Below are positions 31,185-42,023 of a stretch of 64,000 nt of DNA, piece after piece. The notes beneath the pieces were generated by a model. That model did no database searches, was not told the origin of the DNA, and saw only the letters and a list, made by a program, of their open reading frames with translations. The stretch covers positions 142,327 to 206,326 of IMG/VR virus record IMGVR_UViG_3300024358_000009; one strand, 5' to 3'. Position numbers and translations under genes: made by a program. Position 1 is the first letter of the stretch; every line of letters starts with the position of its first letter.

Positions 31185-31691
31185 ATGAAAAAAATAGCAG
31201 AAACAAAAATCGCCTTAAAAAGAAATATAGTTGATTTAGTCAGAATAGAAGAAGATTCAAATCTAATAGAAGATCCTGATTTTGGGGTTTTAAAAACAAA
31301 TAACGGCTGGAAAGAACAAGAATTTATTGATTATGTTAGAAAAAAGAATACATCTATATATATTTGTCAAGTTAGCAATACTATAATTGGATTTATTGCT
31401 TTTTCAAAAGAAGATGATTTTTTAATAATAAATAAATTAGTTATAGATCCAGTTTTAAGAAAAAACGGATTTGGTTCTACATTACTTAATTTTGTTGAAA
31501 ATTTAAACTTTTCAAAAATAATTGCTTATGTTAAAGAAAATGATATGGAAAGTATAACTTTCTTTAAAAATAGAGGTTTTAAAGGAAAATTAAAGTTTGA
31601 TTACTTTGGAAAAGATAAAGACGCAATAGTTTTTGAAAGAGAAACAAATGAAGAAAAAAAGTCAAAATCTGGCAAAAGGAAAAATGGTTAA
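31185..31691 (+). CDS. GNAT acetyltransferase (RimI-like)
   Basis: LVIDPVLRKNGFGSTLL and FFKNRGF. Confidence 0.75.
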   Translation: MKKIAETKIALKRNIVDLVRIEEDSNLIEDPDFGVLKTNNGWKEQEFIDYVRKKNTSIYICQVSNTIIGFIAFSKEDDFLIINKLVIDPVLRKNGFGSTLLNFVENLNFSKIIAYVKENDMESITFFKNRGFKGKLKFDYFGKDKDAIVFERETNEEKKSKSGKRKNG

Positions 31692-31822
31692 TTGTCTTGG
31701 TTGGTGTAACAAAATGTTTTTTTCTATAGATCCAATAAACATAAGATTTTGCAATAAGTGTAAAGACAAAAGAAGAGATATGGTTTTATCAAAATTTGAA
31801 ACAAAAGAATTAAAAATAAACA

Positions 31823-32128
31823 ATGATTAATTTTTTAAAATCAATATTCTTTGGAACTCCAAGATCAGGAAAATGGTCATCGTTAAGAGATAAACTTATA
31901 AAAGAAAGCGGTGAGTGCTTGTCGTGCGGAGTAAAAAAGGAACTTACTTGTCATCACATAATACCATTTAGCATAGATAAAACTTTAGAGCTTGAAGAAT
32001 CTAATTTGGTAGTTTTATGCGAAACATGTCATTTTGTTTTTGGGCATTTGAAAAGCTGGAAATCATATAATAAAAATGTTATAAAAGACTGTAGAGATTA
32101 TAGGTTAAAAGTGGAGTATCGACCATGA
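31823..32128 (+). CDS. Small HNH endonuclease
   Basis: CLSCG...HHIIP...NLVVLCETCH. Confidence 0.8.
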   Translation: MINFLKSIFFGTPRSGKWSSLRDKLIKESGECLSCGVKKELTCHHIIPFSIDKTLELEESNLVVLCETCHFVFGHLKSWKSYNKNVIKDCRDYRLKVEYRP

Positions 32129-32490
32129 GCGAACCAGTACCTGGTATATTTCAAAAAGCTGTTAATTTTACAAAAGCAGTTGTTAAACATGCAGCTACTG
32201 GATTTCAGCGTGTTCCATTAAATGTATTTCATGACAGAATGAATATATGTAACTCTTGCGAAAATAAAACTCCAGAAGGAACATGCAAGCTATGTGGTTG
32301 TTTTTTAAATATCAAAAATACATGGGCTTCTGAAAAATGCCCTGCTGGAAAATGGGATATATTTAATGCTCCTATTCCACAAAATATAGCAGGACAGGTT
32401 AATCAAGTTAATCAAGCACAACCAAAACAAGGTGGTTGCGGATGCAATAAAAGCGCTGTTAATTTTAGTAACCCAATAGGTCCAACTTAA
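32125..32490 (+). CDS. Cys-rich DUF6171-like protein
   Basis: RMNICNSC...CKLCGCF...CPAGKW. Confidence 0.6.
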   Translation: MSEPVPGIFQKAVNFTKAVVKHAATGFQRVPLNVFHDRMNICNSCENKTPEGTCKLCGCFLNIKNTWASEKCPAGKWDIFNAPIPQNIAGQVNQVNQAQPKQGGCGCNKSAVNFSNPIGPT

Positions 32491-32537
32491 ACAAGCAAAT
32501 AATCCTCTAGTATAGTGTATTTAATACTAGGGGTATT

Positions 32538-32921
32538 ATGTCTAGAAAAGCATATAATAATTCAACAGTCGGAGAAATATCTGGTAAATATTGGGCTTTA
32601 GCTAAAAAAAACGCAAAAAAAAGAAATATAGAATTTAATATAACTAAAGAAGAAGCTTGGGATATTTTCCTAAAACAAAATAGAAGATGTATTTACACAG
32701 GAATAAAAATAACTCATTTAAAATATTTATGCAGAAAAAACGGTAAAGAAATTTATCATTTAGGAACTGCTTCTATGGATAGAATAGATAATGATTTAGG
32801 ATACACTAAGGAAAATATTCAATGGGTTCACAAGGATGTAAATGCGATGAAATCTAATTTTAAGGAAAAATATTTCTTAAAAATTTGTAAACTTATAGTT
32901 AGGAGATTGTTATGCCATTAA
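32538..32921 (+). CDS. His-Me finger (HNH-like) endonuclease
   Basis: CIYTG...SMDRIDNDLGYTKENIQWVHKDVNAMK. Confidence 0.75.
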   Translation: MSRKAYNNSTVGEISGKYWALAKKNAKKRNIEFNITKEEAWDIFLKQNRRCIYTGIKITHLKYLCRKNGKEIYHLGTASMDRIDNDLGYTKENIQWVHKDVNAMKSNFKEKYFLKICKLIVRRLLCH

Positions 32922-33389
32922 AAAAATGCAGCGACAATGGTAAAAACGGTTGGAAATGGGGCGATCAAGGCAAATGCTATACTGGCAAAGAGGGAAAGAA
33001 TCAAGCTATTAAACAAGGCGTGGCTATTGAAGGGCCAGAAAAGTTTGCAAAAATTATGCGTGAAAAAGCTGCTGAATGGGCTGGAAAAAGTCTTTACGAT
33101 AGTTTAAGTGATGATGAAAAGGAATTAGCTAATGCATTGCTTTCTCTTGCTGAAAAAATTGGTCCTTTAGATAAAGGCGAAGGTATTTGGGTTGGTTATG
33201 AGGGCGCTTCTACTAACTCAACAAAAGATATTGGCGTAAAATGCGGTAATTGTGCGTTACATAAATCTGAAAATGCATGTGCTATTTTAGATCAAGAAAT
33301 AGAAATGGACGGAGCATGTAGATTTGCTGTAATACCACCAGGACTTGTTAAAACTAAACAGATAAATAAAGACATAGAGGAATATTTGA

Positions 33390-33881
33390 ATGAGGATTCT
33401 AACGGAAAATCCACTTCTTAAGACAAAATGCAATTTTATAAACATAAAAGAAGGTAGAAAAATAGCAAGAAGACTTGTTGTTTTTATACAAGATTTTAAT
33501 AAAAAAAATAAGAATAAAGCAGCTGGAATAGCTGCTAATCAGCTTGGAATTAATGCTTCTGTAGTAGTTGTTTTAATAAAAAATAAACCGCTAATTTTGA
33601 TAAATCCAGTAATTACAGATTTTTCAAAATCAAAGTTTGCTCATGAAGAAGAGTGTTTAAGTTTTCCAGATCAAAGACTCACCGTTTTTAGACATGATTG
33701 GATAAAAGTAAAATCTGATTATTCAAAAGAAGAAATGTTTTTTGGTCAACTTGAAAACATGGATATAAACAAAACAAATCTTTTTGAATCGGCTTTAATA
33801 CAACATGAAATAGCTCATCTTTTTGGTAAAACAATTCATGATTTTCAATGGGAAAATTCACCAAGTCCTAGAGAATGGTAA
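33390..33881 (+). CDS. def: Peptide deformylase (divergent motifs)
   Basis: GIAANQLG, EECLS and QHEIAH. Confidence 0.8.
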   Translation: MRILTENPLLKTKCNFINIKEGRKIARRLVVFIQDFNKKNKNKAAGIAANQLGINASVVVVLIKNKPLILINPVITDFSKSKFAHEEECLSFPDQRLTVFRHDWIKVKSDYSKEEMFFGQLENMDINKTNLFESALIQHEIAHLFGKTIHDFQWENSPSPREW

Positions 33882-34040
33882 TGTTTAATTTTAAAGTAAA
33901 AACAGCAGAAGAAAATAATGACATTACTTTGTTTATAAATAAACATTCTTATAAATTAAACATAAGTGATTTATATGAGTTTATAACAGATTTAAACAAA
34001 GCAAAGTTTGATTTTTTAAGAAAAAAACAAAACACCGAAA

Positions 34041-34069
34041 TAGACAAACCATCTTAAAATTTCTATAAT
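34041..34069 (+). promoter_or_regulatory. sigma70-type promoter
   Basis: TAGACA-N17-TATAAT upstream of RBS GGAGG and ORF 34093. Confidence 0.65.
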
Positions 34070-34573
34070 GACTTCATAACGGAGGCAATGTTATGAAGAC
34101 ACATTATGCAAAAAGAAATGGTAGAACTGGTCAAAAGTTTGATACATCAATCGAAAGCATTTTATATCAAATACTTCCAGACGATTGCCTATTAACTAAA
34201 AATGAAATACAAGAAAAGTTAAATTTATACTTTAAGCAAAAACCATCTGAATCAATTGGTCGTTTTGGATCAAAAGAGTTAGACTCTTGTATATTCAATT
34301 TGTGTCAAAAAGGTTATCTAAAAGAAATTTTTGGCATAAAGTTAGAGAAGTTCATTAAAACATTGTCATAAAAAAAAGTGTATTTAATAGCAGTCTCAAT
34401 ATAGGAGTCTGCTATGTCCGTATACTATGAAATATGGGGCATTCTCCCAGACAAAAAGAAAAGGTCTTTAATAATGACCTATGAAGAAGATAAATGGCAA
34501 AGAGCAGAAAAAAAAGCTGCTAGACTTATTGAAATGGAAATGTCTGGGGTTGTTTTGCTAGAAAAGAAGACGA

Positions 34574-35626
34574 ATGAAAAAGATTAATATAGTATGTCCA
34601 GTTAACCAACTTGGATATGGAATAGTATCTACGAACATAGTTAAAGAAATTGCTAAAAAGCTCGATGTTTTTTTATGGCCAATAGGACAAATAGACAAAT
34701 CTATAAATGATTATCAATTTTTTGAAGATTTAAATAAAAAGTCTGATTTTTATGATAAAGATGCTTCAAGTTTAAAAATTTGGCATCAAAATGATTTATC
34801 TATGCATCCATCTAAAGGAATTAGAACTGCATTACCAATATTTGAATTAGAGCCACTACAAAAACATGAAGTTCATCAAATGAATTGTATGGATATAATT
34901 TTTTTGCCAACTCAATGGGCTGTTGATATAGCTATAAACTCTGGTGTTAAAACAAAAATATTTAAAACTCCGTTTGGTGTTGATCATTCTATTTTTGATA
35001 AACCAAAGCAAGCATTAAACAAAAACAAATTTACATTTTTAAATGTTGGTAAATGGGAAATAAGAAAAGGTCATGACATTTTAATAAAAGCTTTTCAAAA
35101 GGCATTCCCATCTGACAATGATGTTGAACTTATAATGCATTGTGACAATCCGTTTTTAAACGAAGAAGAAAGAAATAATTGGGAAAGCTATTATTCTTCT
35201 GACAAAAGAATAAAGATTAGCCATAGATTTAAAACACAACAAGAATTATTTGAATTGATGTCATATGCAGATTGTGGTGTTTTTCCTGCTAGGGCTGAAG
35301 GATGGAATATGGAATTAGCAGAAATGCTTTCTATGGGAAAAAATTGTATAGCTACAAATGCTACTGCTCATAAAGAATTTATAAACAATGAAATATGTGA
35401 ATTGGTAAATGTAGATAAATTAGTAAAAGCATATGATAATAAATGGTTTTTTGGTCAAGGATATTGGCCAAATCTTGATGACAATTTTATAAATCAATTT
35501 GCAAGTAAAATGATCAAGGTGAAAAACCTTAAAAATAATTTTAATAAAAAGGCATACGATGAAATGAAAAAATTAACATGGGAAAAAACAGCTTCGTTAA
35601 TAACGGATTATATTTATGGAAATTAA
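34574..35626 (+). CDS. GT4 glycosyltransferase
   Basis: GKWEIRKGHD and RAEGWNMELAE. Confidence 0.85.
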   Translation: MKKINIVCPVNQLGYGIVSTNIVKEIAKKLDVFLWPIGQIDKSINDYQFFEDLNKKSDFYDKDASSLKIWHQNDLSMHPSKGIRTALPIFELEPLQKHEVHQMNCMDIIFLPTQWAVDIAINSGVKTKIFKTPFGVDHSIFDKPKQALNKNKFTFLNVGKWEIRKGHDILIKAFQKAFPSDNDVELIMHCDNPFLNEEERNNWESYYSSDKRIKISHRFKTQQELFELMSYADCGVFPARAEGWNMELAEMLSMGKNCIATNATAHKEFINNEICELVNVDKLVKAYDNKWFFGQGYWPNLDDNFINQFASKMIKVKNLKNNFNKKAYDEMKKLTWEKTASLITDYIYGN

Positions 35627-36032
35627 AGAATTGTCATTAAATGATATATACAATGGCTATTCTGATTGCCTTAAAGAAATAGGTGTATTTTTTATAGCTA
35701 AAATAGAACTAGAAAGATTTGTTCAATATTTGTTGAAAAAGAACAGCAAAATATTTTGTTTTTATATTAATAACATAGTAGCTGGAACTATAACTATAGA
35801 TTTATTTTCTAAAAAAAATAAAAATAGTTGCTATATTACAAATCTTTGTGTTCAAAAAAAATACAGAGGACAAAATATATCTTATGAACTATTAGAACAT
35901 TGTTATAATTTTGCAAAAGATAACATGTGCCATGAATTGTGTTTACATTGTGAATCAAATATGATTTCTTTTTATGAAAAGAACGGATTTTTTTGTGAAG
36001 GAAATTGTATGAGGAGAAAAATAAATGTCTGA
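35616..36032 (+). CDS. GNAT acetyltransferase
   Basis: LCVQKKYRGQNI and FYEKNGF. Confidence 0.75.
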   Translation: MEIKELSLNDIYNGYSDCLKEIGVFFIAKIELERFVQYLLKKNSKIFCFYINNIVAGTITIDLFSKKNKNSCYITNLCVQKKYRGQNISYELLEHCYNFAKDNMCHELCLHCESNMISFYEKNGFFCEGNCMRRKINV

Positions 36033-36350
36033 TTTATCTTCTATAACTTTTTTCTTAGACAAAGAAGATGTTTACTGTAAAGTTAACCTAGAAACACTAG
36101 AAAATAATAAGGACGAGCTTGATTTAATAAAAAGAACTGGCGACTTTTTTGCTTTATTAAGTGTTGGGGCTTTAAAGCCAGTTATAGTTCATGCTTTAGC
36201 AGAGTATGGAATATTAACAAACAATAAAAGAATGACAGAAAATATATTAATTTCCTTTGAACAATCTTTGAAAAGAATATCAAACCAAAACGAAACAAGG
36301 GAAAGGCCAGTAGTATTACCAACTGAAGCTTTTTTAATAAAGGAAAAACA

Positions 36351-37166
36351 ATGATTTCTGCTGAAATAGTAGCCGATTCAATAAGCCCGTCCAATCAAAG
36401 AATAACAAGTTTTGTTTGTATTTTTCCTAGATTTATATTGTCTGAATTTAATACGCACAGAATGTTATCTAGAAATGCTGCTAGTAGTCGTGCTATTCCA
36501 ACAAAAAAGTTTTTAGAACAAATTATTAATGATCCTGTTTTTCCTGTTCATTGGGGAAAAAATCAATCTGGTATGCAAGCATTTTTAGAATTGGATGAAG
36601 AAAAAAAAGAAAACGCTAAAAAAATATGGTTAGAAGCAAGAGATAAAATGATAGATAGTGTTTCAAAATTACAAGAACTTGGCTTACATAAACAAATAAC
36701 AAATAGATTATTAGAACCTTGGTTTAATGCTACTGTAATTGTTACTGCCACAGATTATGAAAACTTTTTTAAACTTAGAATAAATAAAAATGCTCAACCA
36801 GAAATATTTGAATTAGCTACTTTAATGAAAAAAGAAATAGATAAATCAATACCAAAAAAAGTTGACATTGGATGTTGGCACATACCTTTTGCAGATAAAC
36901 ACATCAATAATGTTCCAGAGGAAAAAAATCTTTTAAAAATTGGCGTGGCAAGGTGCGCTAGAGTTAGTTATTTAAATTTTGAAGGCGTAATAGATTATGA
37001 AAAAGATTATGCGTTACACGACCAATTAAAAAACGATGGTCATTGGAGTCCATTTGAACATTGTGCAACACCGTGTTCGGAATCAAATAGATCATATGGA
37101 AATTTTTCTGGCTGGAAACAATATAGAAAGTTTTTTAAAGAAGAAAATGGAAAATGCGAAAAATAA
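36351..37166 (+). CDS. thyX: Flavin-dependent thymidylate synthase
   Basis: EFNTHRMLSRNAASSR, ARCARVSY and HWSPFEH. Confidence 0.88.
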   Translation: MISAEIVADSISPSNQRITSFVCIFPRFILSEFNTHRMLSRNAASSRAIPTKKFLEQIINDPVFPVHWGKNQSGMQAFLELDEEKKENAKKIWLEARDKMIDSVSKLQELGLHKQITNRLLEPWFNATVIVTATDYENFFKLRINKNAQPEIFELATLMKKEIDKSIPKKVDIGCWHIPFADKHINNVPEEKNLLKIGVARCARVSYLNFEGVIDYEKDYALHDQLKNDGHWSPFEHCATPCSESNRSYGNFSGWKQYRKFFKEENGKCEK

Positions 37167-38134
37167 AATGGTTAAAATGGGAAGACCCATTAACTCCTAA
37201 AACAAATAACGATATTAAAAATTTTGAAGAGCAAGAGCAAAAAGATAGTTTTGATCAAGAAAATGATTTTATTAAACATGTTAGAGTTATATCGACTCCG
37301 CAAGGAGTAATACCTTTGGCAGAGCATGGTCTTTCCAGCAATCTTTATAAACTTTGGGTTGGCCATACAAATTTTGACATTACTGATAAAATTGTATCTG
37401 CTATTGAAAAAATTAAAGGCGTTGAAATATTAAAAGTTTGGACTAGATATAGATTTTGGATTGGCATAGGAAATATGTTTGATGTCGAGAAAGTTCAAAT
37501 AGAAATAGAAAATAAACTTTGTCATAAGTCTTTTCCTGCTAAAAACTTAGTTGTTAAATCATTATTAAAAGCCGTTAAGAACAAAGATGTTTCTTGGGCT
37601 ATATGTTCAAATAACAAAGGTGTCTTAGAAACAATAACTGGAAAAAATGATTTAGATGTTAAAAAAGAAGTGTTGAAAAACAATTTATATGTTATAAAAT
37701 GTAGTTGGCATTTTAACTAACAGGAGTAATCATGTCTGATGTAAAAACTGCAATTAGTCCAGAACAAGTAGCTCGCTCTATTAGTCTTATTGTTTCCACT
37801 TTGAAGTGGATTACCACAATCATTCCTGGCGATAGCGATGACAAAATTGTTGCTGCTGTAGTCAAACTCACAGAAGAACCTTGGTTTATTTCTGCTCTAA
37901 CTTTTCTTATTAATAAATTTGATGGCGATACAAATAAGATTACTGCCGATGACTTCATTCTTGCTGTAAAGAAGGCGCAAGGACAGAATTGATAAAAAAA
38001 ATATTTTGGGAAGTAATTTTTGATATTGTAACTGTAGTTATATTTGGGGCAGCAATTACTGCCCTAATTTATATTTCTAAAAATTTTCAACCACATAAAC
38101 ACACGGACAAATGTTTGATAGAGGAAAACAAAAA

Positions 38135-38941
38135 ATGAAGATTATTTTGTCTTTTGCTTTAGCACTTGTTTTTTCCTTCAATGTTTTTGCAGAAAAATTT
38201 GTAATTCCAGATCAAAAAATTGTTGGTGCTGAAACACCAATTGCTCTTGGAGAACTTGTTGATTTATCTGTAAGCCCGATCAAAAGCCCTCCTCAATATT
38301 TAGTAGAAACTACTTATACTTGGAAAGTTCTTGATGGATATACCGAAAAAAGAGTTAGAGATTATAATGGCGGTGTTTTCTTTGGTGCTGGAATTCAGCC
38401 GAAAAGACTAAAAGCTCTTGTTGCCGTAACATATCTTTATGCAGTTAAAGAACAGGATAAAATTACCGAGACTGCTGCAAGAACAGCATTCTTATCTACC
38501 GATGTTCTTATCGGCGATGAAGCTCCTCCTGCACCAGAACCAAATCCAAACCCCAATCCTAATCCAGAACCAGAACCAAATTTTCCAGAGGGAAAGTATA
38601 ATCTTTCTCCATTTATTTATAATTTGACTAAAACGAAAATCAATTTATCTAAATCTGATAAGGCTAAACAGGCTAATGCTTTAGCCAAATCATTTGAAGG
38701 AATAGCTGCTGCTATTGCTGCTGGAACTATTGATGACCAAGAAGATATTTTGAAAAAGACAGCAGAAGCTAATCGCTCTTCAATTGCTGCTGTTGGTGGA
38801 GATAGGTCAAAATGGGAAATTGTTTTTAACGAAATCCAAGAAAAGCTTTATGGTCTTTACAAAGATAATAAGATGGTAACTAAACAAGATTTTGCTTCTG
38901 CATGGCGTGAAATTGCTGCTGGATTTAAAGCTTTTAAATAA
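38135..38941 (+). CDS. Exported protein with Pro-rich linker
   Basis: Signal peptide and PPAPEPNPNPNPNPEPEP linker. Confidence 0.7.
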   Translation: MKIILSFALALVFSFNVFAEKFVIPDQKIVGAETPIALGELVDLSVSPIKSPPQYLVETTYTWKVLDGYTEKRVRDYNGGVFFGAGIQPKRLKALVAVTYLYAVKEQDKITETAARTAFLSTDVLIGDEAPPAPEPNPNPNPNPEPEPNFPEGKYNLSPFIYNLTKTKINLSKSDKAKQANALAKSFEGIAAAIAAGTIDDQEDILKKTAEANRSSIAAVGGDRSKWEIVFNEIQEKLYGLYKDNKMVTKQDFASAWREIAAGFKAFK

Positions 38942-38952
38942 GGTGAATTAAC

Positions 38953-39903
38953 ATGTCAGATATTTCAAAGTTATATACAGATGGAACAGTTAATGGTTGG
39001 GCAGGAAAAAATAATCCCGATCTTGTCAAATCAGAATTTGATCTACTAAAAGATGATGGCTCTTTTAAAGATCTAAAAATTTTTAGTGCCAGCAGAGATA
39101 CTAAAGGTAAAAAGCTAATGCTTTATGATGTAGTTCGTAAAGTATTGGGCAAAGATACTGAAAATTATGGCCAAGAAATTGGTGATTGCGTTTCGTTTGG
39201 CGCTAAAAACGCAATTGAATACTTAATGGCTACAGAAAAACTAATGAAGGGCGATAGAGAAGAGTGGAATCCTATCTTTCCTCCATATTTATATGGTACG
39301 GGGCGAGTATTTATTGGGCGTGGACAACTTGATGGCAGCGATGGTTCACTCGGTAGTTGGATGGCAGATGCTGTTATTAAGTTTGGAGTATTACGATCTA
39401 ACTTCACAAATGTTCCGAAATACTCAGGAAGAGTAGCCAGTAAGTGGGGCGATAAGCCAGGCCCACCTACTGAATTCGTTAATGAAGCAAAACTCCATCC
39501 TGTAAAGTCTGCTGCTCTAATTAAGAGTTGGGATGATCTTCGTGACGCAATTGTAAATGGTTATCCATGCACTACAGCTAGCGACATTGGATATAACATG
39601 GAACCATCTTCTGATGGCTTTCATCGTCAGACAGATAGTTGGGGTCATCAAATGTGTGTCATAGGAATTGATGATGGGTATAAAAATGGTTCAGATCCTT
39701 ACGCTATTATTCTTAATAGCTGGGGAGATTGTCACGGCAATCTTAAAGATTTTGATACTGGTGATAGCTTGCCAGCTGGTGTTCTTCGTGTTCGCAGGAA
39801 AGATATGGAAAAACATATTCGACAGGAAGAAACATTTGCCTACTCGAACTTTGATGGATTCCCAGAACAATTAATTGACAAAAAACTATTTATGTTAATT
39901 TAA
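38953..39903 (+). CDS. Papain-like (C1) cysteine peptidase
   Basis: QEIGDCVS (Q, C), WGHQM (H) and ILNSWG (N). Confidence 0.8.
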   Translation: MSDISKLYTDGTVNGWAGKNNPDLVKSEFDLLKDDGSFKDLKIFSASRDTKGKKLMLYDVVRKVLGKDTENYGQEIGDCVSFGAKNAIEYLMATEKLMKGDREEWNPIFPPYLYGTGRVFIGRGQLDGSDGSLGSWMADAVIKFGVLRSNFTNVPKYSGRVASKWGDKPGPPTEFVNEAKLHPVKSAALIKSWDDLRDAIVNGYPCTTASDIGYNMEPSSDGFHRQTDSWGHQMCVIGIDDGYKNGSDPYAIILNSWGDCHGNLKDFDTGDSLPAGVLRVRRKDMEKHIRQEETFAYSNFDGFPEQLIDKKLFMLI

Positions 39904-39904
39904 A

Positions 39905-40468
39905 ATGATAGAACAAATATATAAAAATCATTGTAACTCTGCTAGCGATATAAATGAACATCTCCCAATACTTAAAAAGTATGGAGAAAAATGCTCGCAT
40001 ATAACAGAAATGGGAGTTAGGGGTATAGTATCTACATGGGCATTTGTTGTTGCAAAACCAAAAAAGTTAACATGCATAGATATAAAACATCCGAGTTCTT
40101 TTGGAGCAGAAGAAAAATTTAATAATTTAATCAATGAATGCAATTTAAATAATATAGATTTTAAATTTATACAAGGAAATACATTAGATATAAACATTGA
40201 AAACACAGATCTTCTTTTTATAGACACTCTTCATAATTACGAACAAATAAAAACAGAATTATCAAAACATAATATAAATGTTAATAAGTTTATGATTTTT
40301 CATGATACAGTAAGTTTTGGAAAAAGAAATGAAACTGGACATGGAAAAGGTATATTGGTAGCAATTAATGAATTTTTAGATGAAAATAAAAACTGGAAAG
40401 TTGTTGAAGATTTAAAAAACAATAATGGACTAATGGTACTAGAAAAAATTGGAGATAATAATGTTTGA
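39905..40468 (+). CDS. Class I SAM methyltransferase (Methyltransf_24-like)
   Basis: EMGVRGIVST, LFIDTLH and FHDT. Confidence 0.8.
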   Translation: MIEQIYKNHCNSASDINEHLPILKKYGEKCSHITEMGVRGIVSTWAFVVAKPKKLTCIDIKHPSSFGAEEKFNNLINECNLNNIDFKFIQGNTLDINIENTDLLFIDTLHNYEQIKTELSKHNINVNKFMIFHDTVSFGKRNETGHGKGILVAINEFLDENKNWKVVEDLKNNNGLMVLEKIGDNNV

Positions 40469-41360
40469 TCATACAGAAGGTTTGCAGTATGGCCGTCCAG
40501 ATAAAAACGATCCAAGAAAAAAACCTGCAAAACCAGAAGAAAGAAAAAGGGGTTCTAAAAAGAACCCAAAAGATTCAGCCAGTAAACCAAATAAGAATAT
40601 AGAAGTTTCTAAAGAAACTGAAGATAAAATTAGAAAATTAATGCAAGAACACAACGCAAAAAATCCAAAGTTTAAAGCTAATATGGCTCAGTTAAAAGCT
40701 GTATTTAGGCGTGGTGCTGGTGCATATTCCACAAGTCATGCCCCAGGAATGGATAGAACTAGATGGGGTCTAAATAGAATTAAAGCATTTCTTTATCTAT
40801 TAAGAAACAATCGTCCATCAAACCCAAACTATAAACAGGACAATGATCTTTTGCCTAATGGTCATCCACGAAGTTCAAAAAAGTCAAAGTCGGGGTATTT
40901 ATGGGAAGAGGTTGAACTTTCAGATGTTTTAGCAATTGTAAAAAAACAAGTTGAGGAACATTATATGTCTGAAGATAAAAAGTCAAAAGCCAAAAATGAT
41001 ATTGAAAATTATTTTTCTGAAGCTGCCGAAGGATATGATGCTCCTCAATCAGCAAGAAACAATGCTAAAAAAGTCTTAGAATGGAAGCGTAAGTACGGAA
41101 AGGAATGCAAAGGCATGACTCCTGTTGGCTGGGCTAGAGCTAGAGATTTGGCTGGTAATGCCAAGCTTTCTGCCGATACAGTAAAAAGAATGGCCCAGTT
41201 CAATCGTCATCGTGGTAATTACGAAAAAGCAAAATCTAAACCAGAATATAAAACCAAGCCTTGGACTATCCCTGCTGTAGTTGCTTGGTTGGGTTGGGGC
41301 GGAACAAGCGGAGTTGAATGGGCTATTAGAGTAAGTAATTCATTAAGCAAAAAAAAGTAA
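40461..41360 (+). CDS. Conserved basic phage protein
   Basis: LKAVFRRGAGAY domain and TPVGWARARDLA...AWLGWGG domain. Confidence 0.65.
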   Translation: MFDHTEGLQYGRPDKNDPRKKPAKPEERKRGSKKNPKDSASKPNKNIEVSKETEDKIRKLMQEHNAKNPKFKANMAQLKAVFRRGAGAYSTSHAPGMDRTRWGLNRIKAFLYLLRNNRPSNPNYKQDNDLLPNGHPRSSKKSKSGYLWEEVELSDVLAIVKKQVEEHYMSEDKKSKAKNDIENYFSEAAEGYDAPQSARNNAKKVLEWKRKYGKECKGMTPVGWARARDLAGNAKLSADTVKRMAQFNRHRGNYEKAKSKPEYKTKPWTIPAVVAWLGWGGTSGVEWAIRVSNSLSKKK

Positions 41361-42023
41361 ATGCATATTTATTATAGGATAAGCGATAATAGTTATAAAA
41401 AGCCAAAAATGTGTGGCAAAGATAAATGCTTGTCTAATTTTCTTTCTAAATTTAATGATTGTTCTAAAACTTTTTTAGCTGATAATGTTTCGTCAGAAGA
41501 TACTTTATCTTTAATAAAAAATATACCACATCAAAAAACATCTTTGGGCAATGCCGGTTCTTTTATGGCTTGTTTAGAGGATGCTATTAATAGATTTGAT
41601 GATGACAAAGTAATATACTTTTTAGAAGACGATTACTTACACAATGGAAATGTAATAGATGCTTTAAACGAAGGATTGCTTTTTGGAGATTATGTAACTT
41701 TATATGATCATCCAGATAAATATTCTAAATTGTATAATTTTGGAGAGGTTACTAAAGTTTTAAGAAAGAACTTTCATTGGAAATATACTATATCAACAAC
41801 AATGACTTTTGCAACAAAAGTGGCTACTTTAAAGGATGACTATTCATGTTTTTTTAAGTGGACTAGAAACTTTCATCCAGAAGATCATCAAATATTTTTA
41901 GATATAAATAAAAAAGCTAAAAAATTAGTAAGTTGTATACCAGGAATGTCAATTCATACAGACTTAACCGTGTATAATAATATAGATAAGTCTTACATTG
42001 ACAACTGGGTGCAACATGTATGA
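41361..42023 (+). CDS. Glycosyltransferase-like protein
   Basis: YFLEDDYLH, LYDHPDKY and STTMTF. Confidence 0.65.
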   Translation: MHIYYRISDNSYKKPKMCGKDKCLSNFLSKFNDCSKTFLADNVSSEDTLSLIKNIPHQKTSLGNAGSFMACLEDAINRFDDDKVIYFLEDDYLHNGNVIDALNEGLLFGDYVTLYDHPDKYSKLYNFGEVTKVLRKNFHWKYTISTTMTFATKVATLKDDYSCFFKWTRNFHPEDHQIFLDINKKAKKLVSCIPGMSIHTDLTVYNNIDKSYIDNWVQHV

